Part shown: positions 50,837 through 63,394 of the stretch, piece by piece | How positions within the stretch are numbered: position 1 is the stretch's first letter | How the letters are laid out: the number at the start of each line of letters is the position of its first letter | Source of the DNA: Eledone cirrhosa | Lineage: Eukaryota | NCBI GenBank assembly: GCA_964016885.1 | Contig: OZ024741.1 | Span: 193,936,001-194,000,000 of the forward strand | Reading direction: 5' to 3' | DNA length: 64,000 nucleotides | Notes under the pieces: model-generated | What the model saw: the letters and a program-made list of their open reading frames with translations, nothing else | Told to the model about the DNA's origin: nothing | Databases searched by the model: none | Position numbers and translations under genes: made by a program

Positions 50837-51738
50837 TACGAGATGTGTCAGAAAAGTTCCAGGACTGATGTCACAAAAGATCTATTTCATACCCAAACTT
50901 CACACTAAGAGTTTTCTCCTTCAAAGTAATCCCCCTGGAGTAGGTAACTGTAATCTTAACTTTCTACAGCGATCAAACTTTTTTCTTCTTAATTTTATAT
51001 ACATGTCCTCTTTTTCAGGTCGTCTAGCAATGAGCACAGACCAACGAAAAAACTTGAAAACTCCGTCAGAAGCACTGGGATTGCTGCAGCAAGTGTATGG
51101 AGATGAGACGATGTCACGCTCACGTGTTTTTGAGTGGTGGAAGAGGCTTAAAGAAGGACGCGAGGACGTGGAAGATGATCCCAGGAGCAGAAGGCCCTCA
51201 ACAACCAGGACTGAGGTCAACGTTGAGCGCGTCAGGCAGATCGTGCGTAGCAGTCGTCGGCTGACTGTTAGACTGATGGCAAATGAGCTGGGCATGAATC
51301 GGGACAGCGTCTGGAAGATTCTCACTGAAAATTTGGACATGTGGAAAGTCTGCGCGAAGATGGTCCCAAAACTGCTGAACGATGACCAGAAGGGTCGACG
51401 CATGTAAGTGTACCAGGACATCCTCGAGCGTCTTGAAACCGAACCAGACTTGCTAAGGACAGTCATGACCGGTGATGAGTCATGGATCTTCGAGTACGAC
51501 CCGGAGGAGACCCATTTTGAAGACGTGGACAACATCAAAAAAGGCCCGTGACGACGGAACTGCAGAGGATCCTGGAAGAATCCTTCCAGGAGTGCATGCA
51601 AGCATGGCAGAAAAGGATGGAAAAGTGCATTAGACTCCAGGGGGATTACTTTGAAGGAGAAAACTCTTAGTGTGAAGTTTGGGTTTGAAATAAATCTTTT
51701 GTGACATCAGTCCTGGAACTTTTCTGACCCACCTCATA
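50837..51738 (+). mobile_element. Internally deleted mariner transposon with about 105-bp inverted ends
   Basis: TA-flanked TIRs. HTH region (MSRSRVFEWWKRLKEG), AKMVPKLL, TGDESWIFEYDPE and C-terminal GDYFEG are present. Most of the catalytic core is missing. Confidence 0.93.
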
Positions 51739-51769
51739 TATTATGTATGTGTGTGTGTATATATATCAC

Positions 51770-52150
51770 CATTATCATTATAATCATCATTTTTAGGTAT
51801 GCTTTTCTATGCTCGCATGGGTTGGACAGGCCCTTTCCAGCACACCTCTCTTCATCATCTCCACTGTGAGGTTCAGCACTTTAAGATCAGCTGTAACAAG
51901 CTCTGTTAAGGTTTTCTTGGCCTTCATCTACTACAGCTTCCTTCCACTGGCATCACCTGGCACTTCTTCACCCTGCATTCATCATCCATACACATCACAT
52001 ATCCAAACATGCACAGTCTTCTCTCTTTCACACTACACTTAATTCCTCTTATACCTAGCTTTTCGCTGAGTTCTTCCATGTCCCATTGTTCATGCGTACT
52101 AATATTACACATCCAACAAAGCATCCTTGCTTCATTTCTCTCCAGCCTCC
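51770..52150 (-). mobile_element. RTE LINE 3' fragment
   Basis: [14 protein letters not shown] and [16 protein letters not shown] motifs. Confidence 0.85.
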
Positions 52151-52242
<92 letters not shown>

Positions 52243-52315
52243 TTACATATGTATTTATTTTATCATCACTATGTCTACTGTAATACCGGTGTAACTGTTA
52301 TTTCTTATTTTGCAG

Positions 52316-52390
52316 AGTGTTCTATATTTGATGGGGAACCCTGTCATCAGAAACATAAAGAATTACAGGAAACACCTTACTGTAACAATT
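52316..52390 (+). CDS. DNAAF1: DNAAF1 exon (SVLYLMGNPVIRNIKNYRKHLTVTI)
   Basis: tttgcag acceptor and gttagt donor, phase 0-0. LRRcap motif GNPV...NYR. Confidence 0.95.
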
Positions 52391-52783
52391 GTTAGTAGAT
52401 CCATCTAACATAGAAACTTTGATCACTCCATTACTTGGTGTGTATGTGTGTGTGTGTGTGTGGATGGGGTATGTAATATATGCATATGTTTATCAGTGTG
52501 TTGTGTGTTCTGGAGTTCTGACAGTTTCAATAGTGAGTCTTCCAGTTATTTGATCAATGGAACATCCTGCTCACGAAATTAATATACAAGTGGCCAAACA
52601 TTCCATACATATGTAAACCCTTAACAGAATTCTCAAAGAGATTCGGTGCAACACAATGCATGACACAGCTGGCTCCTTGAAATACAAGTACAACTGCATG
52701 GACTGGAGCGATATGAAATAAAGTGTGTGCGCGTGTGTGTGTGTGTGCATGTATGTATCTGAGTGGTGTGTGTGTGTGTATAC

Positions 52784-52823
<40 letters not shown>

Positions 52824-53454
52824 GGAGGGGGATATGTGTGTGTGTGATAAGTTGTAAGATGAGATACCTACAATGTAAGCAAAGGGCAAGGCAGAATGAG
52901 GAGAGTGATTTAAATGGAAATTATCTCTCCCTGATAAGCCTCTAAACAATTGGCCAGTTGTTTGACTCTAAATTAAATTAAATTCATTCAACATAATTTA
53001 ACATAAGAATCTTTTGTTAAATTATATTACAAATAACACCTTAATAATGAAATAATTATGTTAGTAAATACTTCCAAATTTTTCATTAATTAATTCAAAT
53101 ACAGTGTATTTCATTATGAATATGGTTATGAAAGAGTTAATGTGATGCAGTCATATTGTTGTTTTGTATGTTTTAAGAATGTCATATGATACAGTATGTT
53201 AAGAGTTAACTCTCAGTCAGTTTTAACTGAACAGACTTATCATCAAAAGAATTCTACCTATGTCTTTCTCATCATTTTATACCAACTTATGTACATCATT
53301 GTTCATCAATATAGTGATTTTCTCAACACTAATCTAATATACTTTGCTAATAAGACTGAAACATTTAATTTCTAATTCATATCAAAAAGTTCCTGAATGA
53401 ATTTGCATAAATTAACACACTCATATTTATCAACTGAATTTTGAATTTTGGCAG

Positions 53455-53519
53455 AAAAACTTGAAATATCTGGATGATCGACCAGTTTTTCCGAGAGACC
53501 GTGCTTGTGCTGAAGCATG
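53455..53519 (+). CDS. DNAAF1: DNAAF1 exon ([22 protein letters not shown])
   Basis: Signature [17 protein letters not shown]. gcag acceptor and gtaggt donor. Confidence 0.97.
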
Positions 53520-53587
53520 GTAGGTAATTTCTGCATCATCATGACATTTTATATACATACATTGCATATATTATATATATAATGTTT

Positions 53588-53619
<32 letters not shown>

Positions 53620-53917
53620 GTCGACATTAACTTTAGCAGCTTCTTCCTCTAGCCCATCGAATCTGCTCTATCCCTCCTTTTGTCTCTCCCTTTTCTCCTG
53701 CTCTTTCTCTCTTTCTCAGAATTGCTATCCCATATCAGTGCACACCTCGCCACCACTACCATCACATTATGTTTTTCACCCTACAAAGAAATCTAACAAA
53801 TTTTTCCTGTCATAAAAGACTGATCAGCTAAGATTCTGCCTCTACTGTTTTGTTTTTATTTATAAATTTATTTCTCAGTCAATTTCATAAACTCCTGACT
53901 TTTTAATGTTTTGTTTT

Positions 53918-55460
53918 AGGGTCATTCCATGTCAAATCACCCAGAGGGTCCCAGGTCACCGCCTCAGAACCCCCTGAAAAAATTCATACTAGCTCCTGTA
54001 TCTATATGATGGAAAAATATCAAGTATTAGGTCAATATCTTTGATAGTTTTGAAATTGTAGGCCTTTGAAATATTAATTAATTATACATTTTTTTTCTGA
54101 ATGAGCCTCTCGGACCAACATGAGACAACCATTTCTCCTCTACAAGGTGGGCACAACTTTGAAATCATGTGTTTGGGGCTAACTTTTTCTGTAGAGTTCA
54201 AATATCTTATCAAATCAAGTGTATCTTGTATATCTTTCCATCTACAGGCCTCTGAAAATTGCCAAGAATTAAACGTACAGCAAATGTATGCCTATTTTAG
54301 CTATTTCTATCTCAATAGGAACACTAGATAAAGCGACCATAATTGTTTTCCTGTTACTTAGCATATAGTAGACTATTTCTGAGCAGTAACCATGTTAGTT
54401 ACTATTATGGGAATGTCAGAATAGTTTTTTGAAATATGTGCGATTTCGGAAAATGCCCATTTGCAGCCATTAGTTGACCATGTGGGAAGTTTACTATCGT
54501 TTTCAAAGTTTTACCATGCATTCTTATATTTCTGAAAATGATATGTCAACAATTTGGTTTTGTTACTGAGCTTCCTTTCAGAGTTGTGAATTTTTAGAAA
54601 TTCAGTTGTCAGTGCTTTGTACAGGATCAACTTATTCATAAAGCATGAATATAAAACAGCATATTATCCATCAGTGATTTATTCAATATAGTATAAATAA
54701 ACATCTTTTAAATTAATGGGTATTTATTGATTCAACAAATGGCAAACTACTACAAGTATATCCATAACCACATTTTACATGATAATGCCACACATAAGAC
54801 ACAAATTTCTAAAAATTCACAACTCTGAAAGGAATCTCAGCAACAAAACCAAATTTTTGACATATCATCTTCAGAAGTATAAGAATGCAGGGTAAAAAAT
54901 TTTAAATGATAGTGAAATGCTCACATAGTCAACTAAGGGCATCAAAATGGGCATTTTTTGAGAAATTCTGAAATCGCACATATTTCAAAAAACTATTCTG
55001 ACACTCCCATAATAGTAACTAACATGGTTACTGCTCAGAAATAGTCTACTATATACTAAGTAATAGGAAAACAATTGTGGTCGCTTTATCTAGTGTTCCT
55101 ATTGAGATAGAAATACCTAAAAGATGCATACATTTGCTGTATATTTAATTCTTGGCAATTTTCAGAGGCCTGTAGATGGAAAGATATACAAGATACACTT
55201 GATTTGATAAGATATTTGAACTCTACAGAAAAAGTTAGCCCCAAACACATGACTTCAAAGTTGTGCTAAAAAAATGTACAATTAATTAATTGTTTCTACT
55301 ATTGGCACAAGGCCAGCAATTACCCAGTACATTACTGGTACTTTATTTTATCGCCCCCGTATGGATGAAAGGCAAAGTTAACCTCGGCATATGTATAATT
55401 AATTAATATTTCAAAACTATCAATGATATTGACCTAATACTTAATATTTTTCCATCATAG
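53918..55460. mobile_element. Fold-back / long-TIR non-autonomous DNA element
   Basis: About 54005-54605 is the reverse complement of about 54800-55460. A SINE fragment is inserted at about 55290-55390. Confidence 0.85.
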
Positions 55461-55841
55461 GTGTGTTTGGATGAGTGTGTGTGTGGTGAAGGGGGTGTTA
55501 GTGGGTGTTAGTATACTGGTGGTGGGGAAAGGGTTGAATGCGGGTGTTAGTGGGGGTCAGTGGTGGTAGGGTGTGTAGAGTGGATGGTGTAAGTGGGTGT
55601 GTGTGTTTGTGTGCGTGGGGTCGGGTTGGGGTGGGGGGGGGGGGGTTAGTGATATTAGTTGTGGGGTGGTGGGGGTGGGGGTGAGGGTTAGTGGTGGTAG
55701 TAGGGTGTGTGGTTAGTGTGAGCGCGTGTATATATGTACCGGTGGGTGTGTGCATGTGATAAGGGGAGGGGGAGAAGAAAGGAGGGATATACATGTATCA
55801 ATGATATTAATAAATGGAAACTATATTTATAAAACCATATT

Positions 55842-55902
55842 TATTCTATTATATATATTTCAAGGGTACCAAAACTTTGGTACACTCTCATCAGATAAAA
55901 TA
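55842..55902 (-). ncRNA. Minimal type I hammerhead ribozyme motif
   Basis: tattttat-CTGATGA-gagtgtacc aaagtttt ggtaccctt-GAAA-tatata-TA-atagaata. Confidence 0.75.
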
Positions 55903-55997
55903 CAAAGTTTGTTTTATAAATATTGACATATCCAGGAATGAGTCCTTAACGGTTCAAGTTTTACCTGGATATGTCAATATTTATAAAACGAACTTTG

Positions 55998-56058
55998 TAT
56001 TTTATCTGATGAGCACATACCAAAGTTTTGGTACCCTTGAAATATATATAATAGAATA
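55998..56058 (+). ncRNA. Minimal type I hammerhead ribozyme motif (base of stem II damaged)
   Basis: tattttat-CTGATGA-gcacatacc..ggtaccctt-GAAA-tatata-TA-atagaata. Confidence 0.62.
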
Positions 56059-56226
56059 AATATGGTTTTATAAATATAGTTTCCATTTATTAATATCATT
56101 GATATTATACTCCAGAAAATCTGTTGAGTGCTTCGAATCTGTTATAAATATATTTGTTGAATTACCAACAAATTAAATATCCCTTTGCTTATATACATGT
56201 ATATACATATATATGTATATATATAT

Positions 56227-57260
56227 ATCATCATCATCATCATCATTTTACGTCCGCTTTTCCCTGCTTGCAAGGGTGGGACGGGTCTTATTCAGCACAG
56301 CATCTCTCCACTCGTCACGGTCCCTCGTCATCTCCACCGTGAGCTTCAATGATCTGAGGTCTGTTCTCACCACCTCCGCCCATGTTTTTCGTGGTCTACC
56401 TCTACCACGTCTTCCTTCAACTGGCAATTCCTGGCACTTCTTCACCCATCGGTCATCCTCCATGCGCATCACATGTCCATACCACCTCAGTCTCCTCTCC
56501 CGTACACTACATTCTATCCCTCTCAGACACAGTTTCTCTCTCAACACATTTATGCTGGGTCGTTCACGCATGTTTACACTGCACATCCAACGGAGCATGC
56601 TTGCCTCATTTCTCTCCAGCCGTCGCATATCCTCTGCGGTTGCTGCCCATGTCTCACTACCATGCAGCATCGCGCTCCTCACACAGGCATCATACAACCG
56701 GCCTTTCGTACGCAGGGAGAAACCCTTCTTCGTCAACAGAGGAAGCAGCTCCCTAAACTTCTTCCAACCCGTCCTTATTCTAGATACTATGGCCTCGGAA
56801 CACCCTCCTCCCATGCTAATCTGATCTCCTAGGTACCGGAAGCTATCCACCACTTCTATAGCGCCCTCTCGCATTTGAAAAATGTGTCTATCAGTGCGAC
56901 TTCTACTGTCTAATTTCCCTGTACATCTACTGCATACATATTTCTCCCTACCTGTTAGTTTGCCTGCTATCCCGCTACATCTCTTGTGTACCCAGGACCT
57001 GCATTGTGTGCATTTTATAGAATTTATGCCAGTTCCTTTTCTGCATATCGAACATGGCCATTTCCCTGACGGAATCAGGGTTTTGTCCTCTTTTCTACTC
57101 ATCAACACTTTTGTCTTAGCTAGATTTACTCTCAGTCCTCTTGCTTCCAACTGCTGTTTCCATAGCCGGAATTTATTCTCTAGCTCCTCTACTGATTCTG
57201 CTATAAGAGCCAGATCGTCAGCATAGAGAAGTTCCCATGGACAGCCAGTCTTAAACTCCA
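56227..57260 (-). mobile_element. Young 5'-truncated RTE LINE with open ORF (RT C-terminus with PHD-like Cys/His insert)
   Basis: Uninterrupted ORF of at least 300 aa from LYADDL to the stop, with an (ATG)n tail. Confidence 0.95.
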
Positions 57261-57301
57261 GCTTGACTATATTAATAAATGGAAACTATATTTATAAAAC
57301 C

Positions 57302-57333
<32 letters not shown>

Positions 57334-57555
57334 GATCGAGTATCGAAAAATCGGCGCACGAGTTCACGATAAACAAAATTCGAAATAAGCGGCAGAGGGC
57401 TCAATAATTCAGATGAATCAGAGCTATAACTATCGTTAAAATACCGTCACATATAGAACAAGTCTACAATCAACCATACGATAAAAAATCGATAATAGAA
57501 GATTCGGGACAAACAGATAAAAAATATCAATAAAACAATACATCAATAATTTAAA

Positions 57556-57603
<48 letters not shown>

Positions 57604-57821
57604 TATTATTTCTGAAGACAGCATATATATGTGTAGGTATGTATATTTCCTCTGATAGTTTGTAAAATTTTTACATAGATCTATATAATATACATACCAA
57701 CACACACATATATATCCTAGAAACGATCGTAAAATGATGAATTTTTTAATATAAGGAACTGTTTCTTTGTTTTTATTCATTGTTTTTATTAATTTATATA
57801 TATATATATATTGTCTGACAG

Positions 57822-57907
57822 GGCCAAAGGTGGATTAGAAGCAGAGAAATTAGAACGACAAATTTGGATTGATAAAGAAAGAAGAAAAATTCAAGACAGT
57901 GTGGATG
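57822..57907 (+). CDS. DNAAF1: DNAAF1 exon (AKGGLEAEKLERQIWIDKERRKIQDSVD)
   Basis: gacag acceptor and G|gtttgt donor, phase 2-1. Conserved coiled coil GG..AE..ER..W...ER.KI.DS. Confidence 0.95.
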
Positions 57908-57917
57908 GTTTGTTGAT

Positions 57918-58645
57918 TATTACTTTGCCTTTCATCCTTACGGGTTCGATAAAATAAAGTACCAGTAATGCACTGGGTAATTGCTGGCCTTGTGCCTAAA
58001 GTAGAAACAATTATTATTATTATTAGGGCGGTGGATTGGCAGTATCGGTAGAGGGTCAGACGCCATGCTTTGACGCATTGAGTTATGGCCCTTGCCATTC
58101 TGAGTTCAAATCCCGCCAAGGTTAACTTTGCCTTTCATCCTTACGGGGTCGATAAAATAAAGTACCAGTAATACACTGGGTAATTTTGTGTCAAAAGTAT
58201 AAACGATTATTATTATTATTACTATTATTATTAGGACGGTGGATTGGCAGTATCGGTAGAGGGTCTGGCGCCATGCTTTCCAGCATAGTTACGTCCCTTT
58301 ACGATCTGAGTTCAAATCCCGCCGACGTTGACTTTGCCTTTCATCCTTACGGGGTCGATAAAATAGAGTACCAGTATTGCACTGGGTAATTGCTGGCCTT
58401 GTGCCTAAAGTAGAAACAATTATTATTATTATTACTATTATTGGACTTGCAATATCAATAGAGCGTTGGACAACATACTGTGCGGCATAGAGTTACGACC
58501 CTTTATGCTCTGAGTTCAAATCCCTCTGAGGTTAGCTTTACCTTTCATCCTTACGGGGTCAATAAAATAAAGTATATTTAATTTACTTTCCCCTCCTGCC
58601 AAAATTGCTGGCCTTGTGCCAAAAGTAGAAACAATTATTATTATC
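57918..58645 (+). mobile_element. Head-to-tail cluster of about 4 Nin-core SINEs
   Basis: Repeated SINE consensus separated by (TTA)n tails, starting about 10 bp after the exon donor. Confidence 0.88.
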
Positions 58646-60859
58646 ATTACTAGTAGTGGTAGTAATAACAAGGGTAGCTGGTTTGGCAGAGTTAATAGCA
58701 TATTGAACAAAATAGTGCTAGGTTTGTGGTGTGCAAGAGAAAATGATGGCAAATTGGCAAAAGCAGTAGAGTGTCAGACAAAATGGTGTTGGATTGGCAA
58801 TTTGTTTCTTTCTCTCTCTTTTTATTCTCTCATTGTCTTTGACTCACATGCACATACTCTTACCATCCTTTTTCCATAAAGGTGTGATTATTTTTATGGT
58901 TTGTTCCCTTTCAAACCCTCTTTGGGGTTTCAGGATACACAATCTTTGTGCATCTACAAGTCTAGGACAGGTGACAGGCCTATCGCCAGTTTTAACAGCA
59001 TGAGACAGAGACTGCAGTTTCAAACAAGTCCCTCAACCTAAGGCCTGAACACATCCCTTGTTAACATGTGCAAAGGACGATATGGTGTGACTGCCTTTGT
59101 TGTGTCTCACCATATTGCCCCTGGAGGTTTTATTTGCACCAGTCACCAATCTGGTACTTTCTCAGACCTGCGAAAACTAGGCTTTTTTACCGATATTGGT
59201 CCAAGGTTGCTTATTCATCTGGCAGGTGGCTGCTTATATCGTAACTAGCCATATTACTATCTGCCACCTGCAAATGAATCTAGCAGAATAAATCTTGGAT
59301 AATGTCCAAAAGAATATGATCACACATGCAAGCGGCCAAAATGAATCCCTCCAAGGGGTTTTTGAAGTAACGTTACACAATAGAATATGTAGCTCAGAGA
59401 TCAGAGAGCCACTTCAGGGAGAGCCACTACTTTTCCGAATTGAGAGATCACAGCTCTGATATTACGAACATGTGATTAGAATGTTTCAGAAAAGAATTGC
59501 TGGACAGATTTTATGGGCAAAACCAACTGGCAAGAGACCCAGGGGTGGACCCCAAGCATGATGGTTGGATAAATCCATGAGCTCCACTGGTTTTGCTTGG
59601 GGATTCAGCCAGATCAATTGGAAATGGTTACTTCTAACAGGACCTGCTGGAAGGAGTCTTTGAGGACTTCCCCCATGACTTACCCAGGAATAAGTAGAAG
59701 ACATGTGATTAATGGAATAGAAATTTCAGCATTTGCTGTTGCCACCACTGTCACTGTCTTTCTCTTACTCTACCCCCTTTCCACAGGGTTACCAGTAATT
59801 TACACCACACAATATCTATTATTAATGCTTTGATATAATAGATGAACTGAGTTCTGATACATCCAGTGCTCTCTTTGCCTTACTAATTTCTAGGATTAAA
59901 ATAATCGTAAAAAACTTGAATTGATCAAATCTATTATCTTGTCTACACCTCCTTCGCCAAACTCAATATCTGTGACCCTCTATCTGTTTTAGAAATTATT
60001 ATTATTATCTTTGGTAGAACCATTAGAGTTCAAAGTGCGTTTACATTCTGTGTTCAAATCCAGCCAAGATCAACTTTTTCTGGCTTGATAAAATAAAATA
60101 TCAGTCAAGTACAGGAGTTTAACCCTTCCATTCCCATATTTCAAATGAAAGACATTGCCTATGATTTTCAAATCATTTTTAAAATACTCAAGAATTTGGA
60201 GGGCTTTAGTAAAATAACTTTACAATTACGATCAAAGATTCTTAAAAAAAATCTAAATACTTTAAAATAAACAGCTTAGTATAAGAGAGCCAGGGCCGGT
60301 TTCAGGTGGTTTAGTATCAAGGGTTAAATTGACTGTTTTCTCCCAAAACATTTTTGGACTTGCACCAATGTTAGAAATTATTTTTACTAGTTATAGCCCT
60401 GTGAGAGCATGATGAATGGACAGACAGACACGGCTCTTATTATAGTATAGATTATTTGGACAAAATGTTTTATTACTATATAAGGTAAACAGAACAGACT
60501 GCATTGGCAAAAATTAAACAGTGACGTCTATAAGTTTCTCCCTCTCAGATTAAGAGACTGCTCTGAAATTACTCTTCTCTCCACTGTATATGAACTTGTC
60601 CAACTCATGGAATTTTATATAAGAACTTATTTCTAGATTTGAACTTTTGATCAGTATTTCAAGGTAGATCTGAATGTAGTCCACCTGTTAACATGTGTAA
60701 CATTTAAATATCTATTTTTTTAATTTATAGTAGATATGTTACCATATGTAGTAGTAGATCTATTATAAAACTACTGAAACTTAATCTTCAGAGCTCCTGA
60801 TATTGGAAGGGGTCTCCATAATAGCTCAAGCTTCAGGACCCCCAAACTGTGAAGGGATC

Positions 60860-61630
60860 CCAATAGTAATTCAAGCAGGTTTGCCACTGATCGTTTGTAA
60901 TACTAAAGTCACAATGATCTGTTGCTTATTGTATATATTTCTAGCATGTGTGATAGACTATGTAACACTAAAGTATGTACATTGTGTTGTGTTTATCTAT
61001 TTGTATCACATGTGACACTGTAGGTAGTACTAAAATAACTATGTTCTGTTGTGTTTGTCATATCTATTTCTACCACATGTGTTATGATAGGTCATACTAA
61101 AGTAACTATCTTCTTTTGTGCTTATCTAGTTGATGCACATGTGTTACCATATGGTACATTAAAGTATTTTCTATTGTGTTTATCATATATATTCATAGCA
61201 TATAATACTATATGTAACATATCTTGTGTTTATTATATCTATTTGTAGCAAATGTGAATACAATGTGTAGTACTACAATATATATGCTGCATTTATTTGC
61301 AGCACATATGTAACACTAAAATATATTTGCTGCATTTATCTATTTGCAGTGCACATGACACCACATGTAACACTAAAGTCTATATGCAGTCTTCATCTAT
61401 TTGTAGCTCATATTCACCATATGTAGCACTAAAATATATTAGCTCTCATATTTATTGCATTTATTTGTAGCACATTTTACACCATATGTAGCACTAAAGT
61501 ATAAATGTTGTTTGTTTGCCATAACTATTTGCAACACTCAAATAACCATGTTCTCTCATGCTTATCACATCTATTTGTAGTACATTATACATAACATTCA
61601 AGAATGTATGTTCTCCTGTATCTATTGGAA
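60860..61630. repeat. Degenerate tandem repeat (about 55-60 bp)
   Basis: Recurring atctatttgtagcaca..accatatgtaacactaaagt. Confidence 0.75.
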
Positions 61631-61640
61631 CTATTTATAG

Positions 61641-62011
61641 CTCTGATGAAGATTCGGCAAAAGAGTGAGGCGAAGAGAATTCAGAAGAAACTGGATGGAG
61701 AATGGCAGGAACGAGGAGATGCAGACAATAATCAAAGAGAAGTTGTTATTGAGGAAAGTATTGACTGGTTGTATGGAACATACAAGACTGAATGGGTTGA
61801 TATAAAGGAGAGAGAGAAGAAAGATGAGGAAAAGGTAGAGAAAAAGGAAGGAAATGAAGGAAACACAACTGAACTGAATCAAAAAGATGGAAGAGAAGTT
61901 GTGGAAGAGAAAATAGATGAATGTACAGAAGTAGATAAAGATATTCAAGAGGAGAAAAGTATGGAAGAACAACAGAGTAAAAATGTGGAAAAGAAGAAAG
62001 AGGTAGAGTAA
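61641..62011 (+). CDS. DNAAF1: DNAAF1 exon (ALMKIRQKSEAKR..., Glu/Lys-rich). 3' end uncertain: donor at 62003 or 62008, or stop at 62011
   Basis: tatag acceptor in phase 1 gives DSVD-ALMKIR, continuing the conserved helix. Confidence 0.85.
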
Positions 62012-63220
62012 AGAATTTCTTAGTTTTGACTATCATTATAATTTGTATGAATATATTGTATGAGGTATATATTGTAAGGAATAGCTGTCTGTCTCTCTAT
62101 CACATGTGGTGTTTCTATTAGGGCCTTATTGTTACTTATTTTAATTGGTTTATATAATAACATTAATTAAGTTGATAACAAAATATGATGACAATATATT
62201 TTATATAAAATCACTTTTCAATGTGTTGGTGTAAGGAAAGAGGGAACATGCATGCATATCTGTGCATATGCACACACACATTTAGACATATGTGAGGACC
62301 CTTTAGTCATGTCAAAGACATAATAACCTCCCTAGTGCCAGTGCCATAATAAAATGCAGTCAGCAGGCATTGTAAAGTGGTTAGTGTTAAGAAAGAAATC
62401 TAACTGTAGAAATCATGCCAGAAATTGGAATATATATTCAAAATTTGGTCTTTTGATTCATCTAGGAGAGCAATACTTCTGCGTAAGAACTGACTTGAAC
62501 TGTGACAATCTATTTAACTCAGGCCAGCATGGAAAACACATGTAAAGTGAAGACAGAGATGACAGCAGAATGTTGAAGCTGTTGGGGGAATTTGTATGTT
62601 TGAAACCATGCTGAAAAAGTGTTATGAGAATTCATTAGTTGCATCAAGAGCGTGACAATCTCTAGTGTTGGTGTCATGATAAAATACATCCAGTATACTC
62701 TGAAAAGTGTTTGGTGATAGGAAGGCACCAAGTAGTAAATTTGACAAACAAAGAGTTGAAAGGATTCTTCAGTTGTGTTAAAGATATGGCAATCTCCATA
62801 GTGCTGATGCTATGATAAAACATGCCCAGTATACTGTATAGAATATGGGAATAAATGTAAACATATGCACTCCTTGGCTTGTCAGGGATGTCATTAGTTC
62901 TGGATGGGTACTGACTTGGTCTATGATGACCCCCCTAACCTTTATTAGCAGGCAAAACAGAGAAAGAAAGACCATGATTAAATGAGTTCTTACATATTAA
63001 TTGTGGGAAACTGTAGATTGTATGTTTTATTACAATTTTCAGTTCAATGCTGAATTATTCTCTCACTCTTGTTCATCAGGAGTTAACATTTGTCTTAAAA
63101 ACACACATGATCATTATTTAATATCCATTTTCCCTGCTAGCATATGTATGTGTGTTTATATGTGTATCATCATTTTTATGTCCCCTTTTCCCTGCTTCCA
63201 AGGGTGGGACGGGAACTGAT

Positions 63221-63394
63221 TCTGGCTTGATTTCTACAGCTGGATGCCCTTCCTAACACCAACCTCATTTACAGGGGTCCCTATCATTCCACTGCAAAGT
63301 GGTCATGGAGGTGCCATGGCAAAAAAGCACCCAGCACTCACTGTAAATGAGGTTGGTGTTAGGAAGGGCATCCAGCTGTAGAAATCAAGCCAGA
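63221..63394. repeat. 54-bp inverted repeat of SINE-derived sequence
   Basis: 63221-63274 is the reverse complement of 63341-63394. The motif aggaagggcatccagctgtagaaa is also seen at about 36900 and 62380. Confidence 0.85.

Larger units (their letters stand above)
55796..56104. mobile_element. Palindromic element with two divergent hammerhead motifs
   Basis: Arms 55796-55936 and 55964-56104 with a 27-nt spacer. A further terminal fragment lies at 57269-57305. Confidence 0.85.

Noticed and set aside
50784-51407. Functional transposase or SETMAR-like gene
   Set aside because: Stop at 51407, most of the catalytic core deleted, and no SET domain.
55470-55790. G-rich tract as a telomeric or G-quadruplex element
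   Set aside because: Irregular GT-rich low complexity without a regular TTAGGG array, and no support for function.
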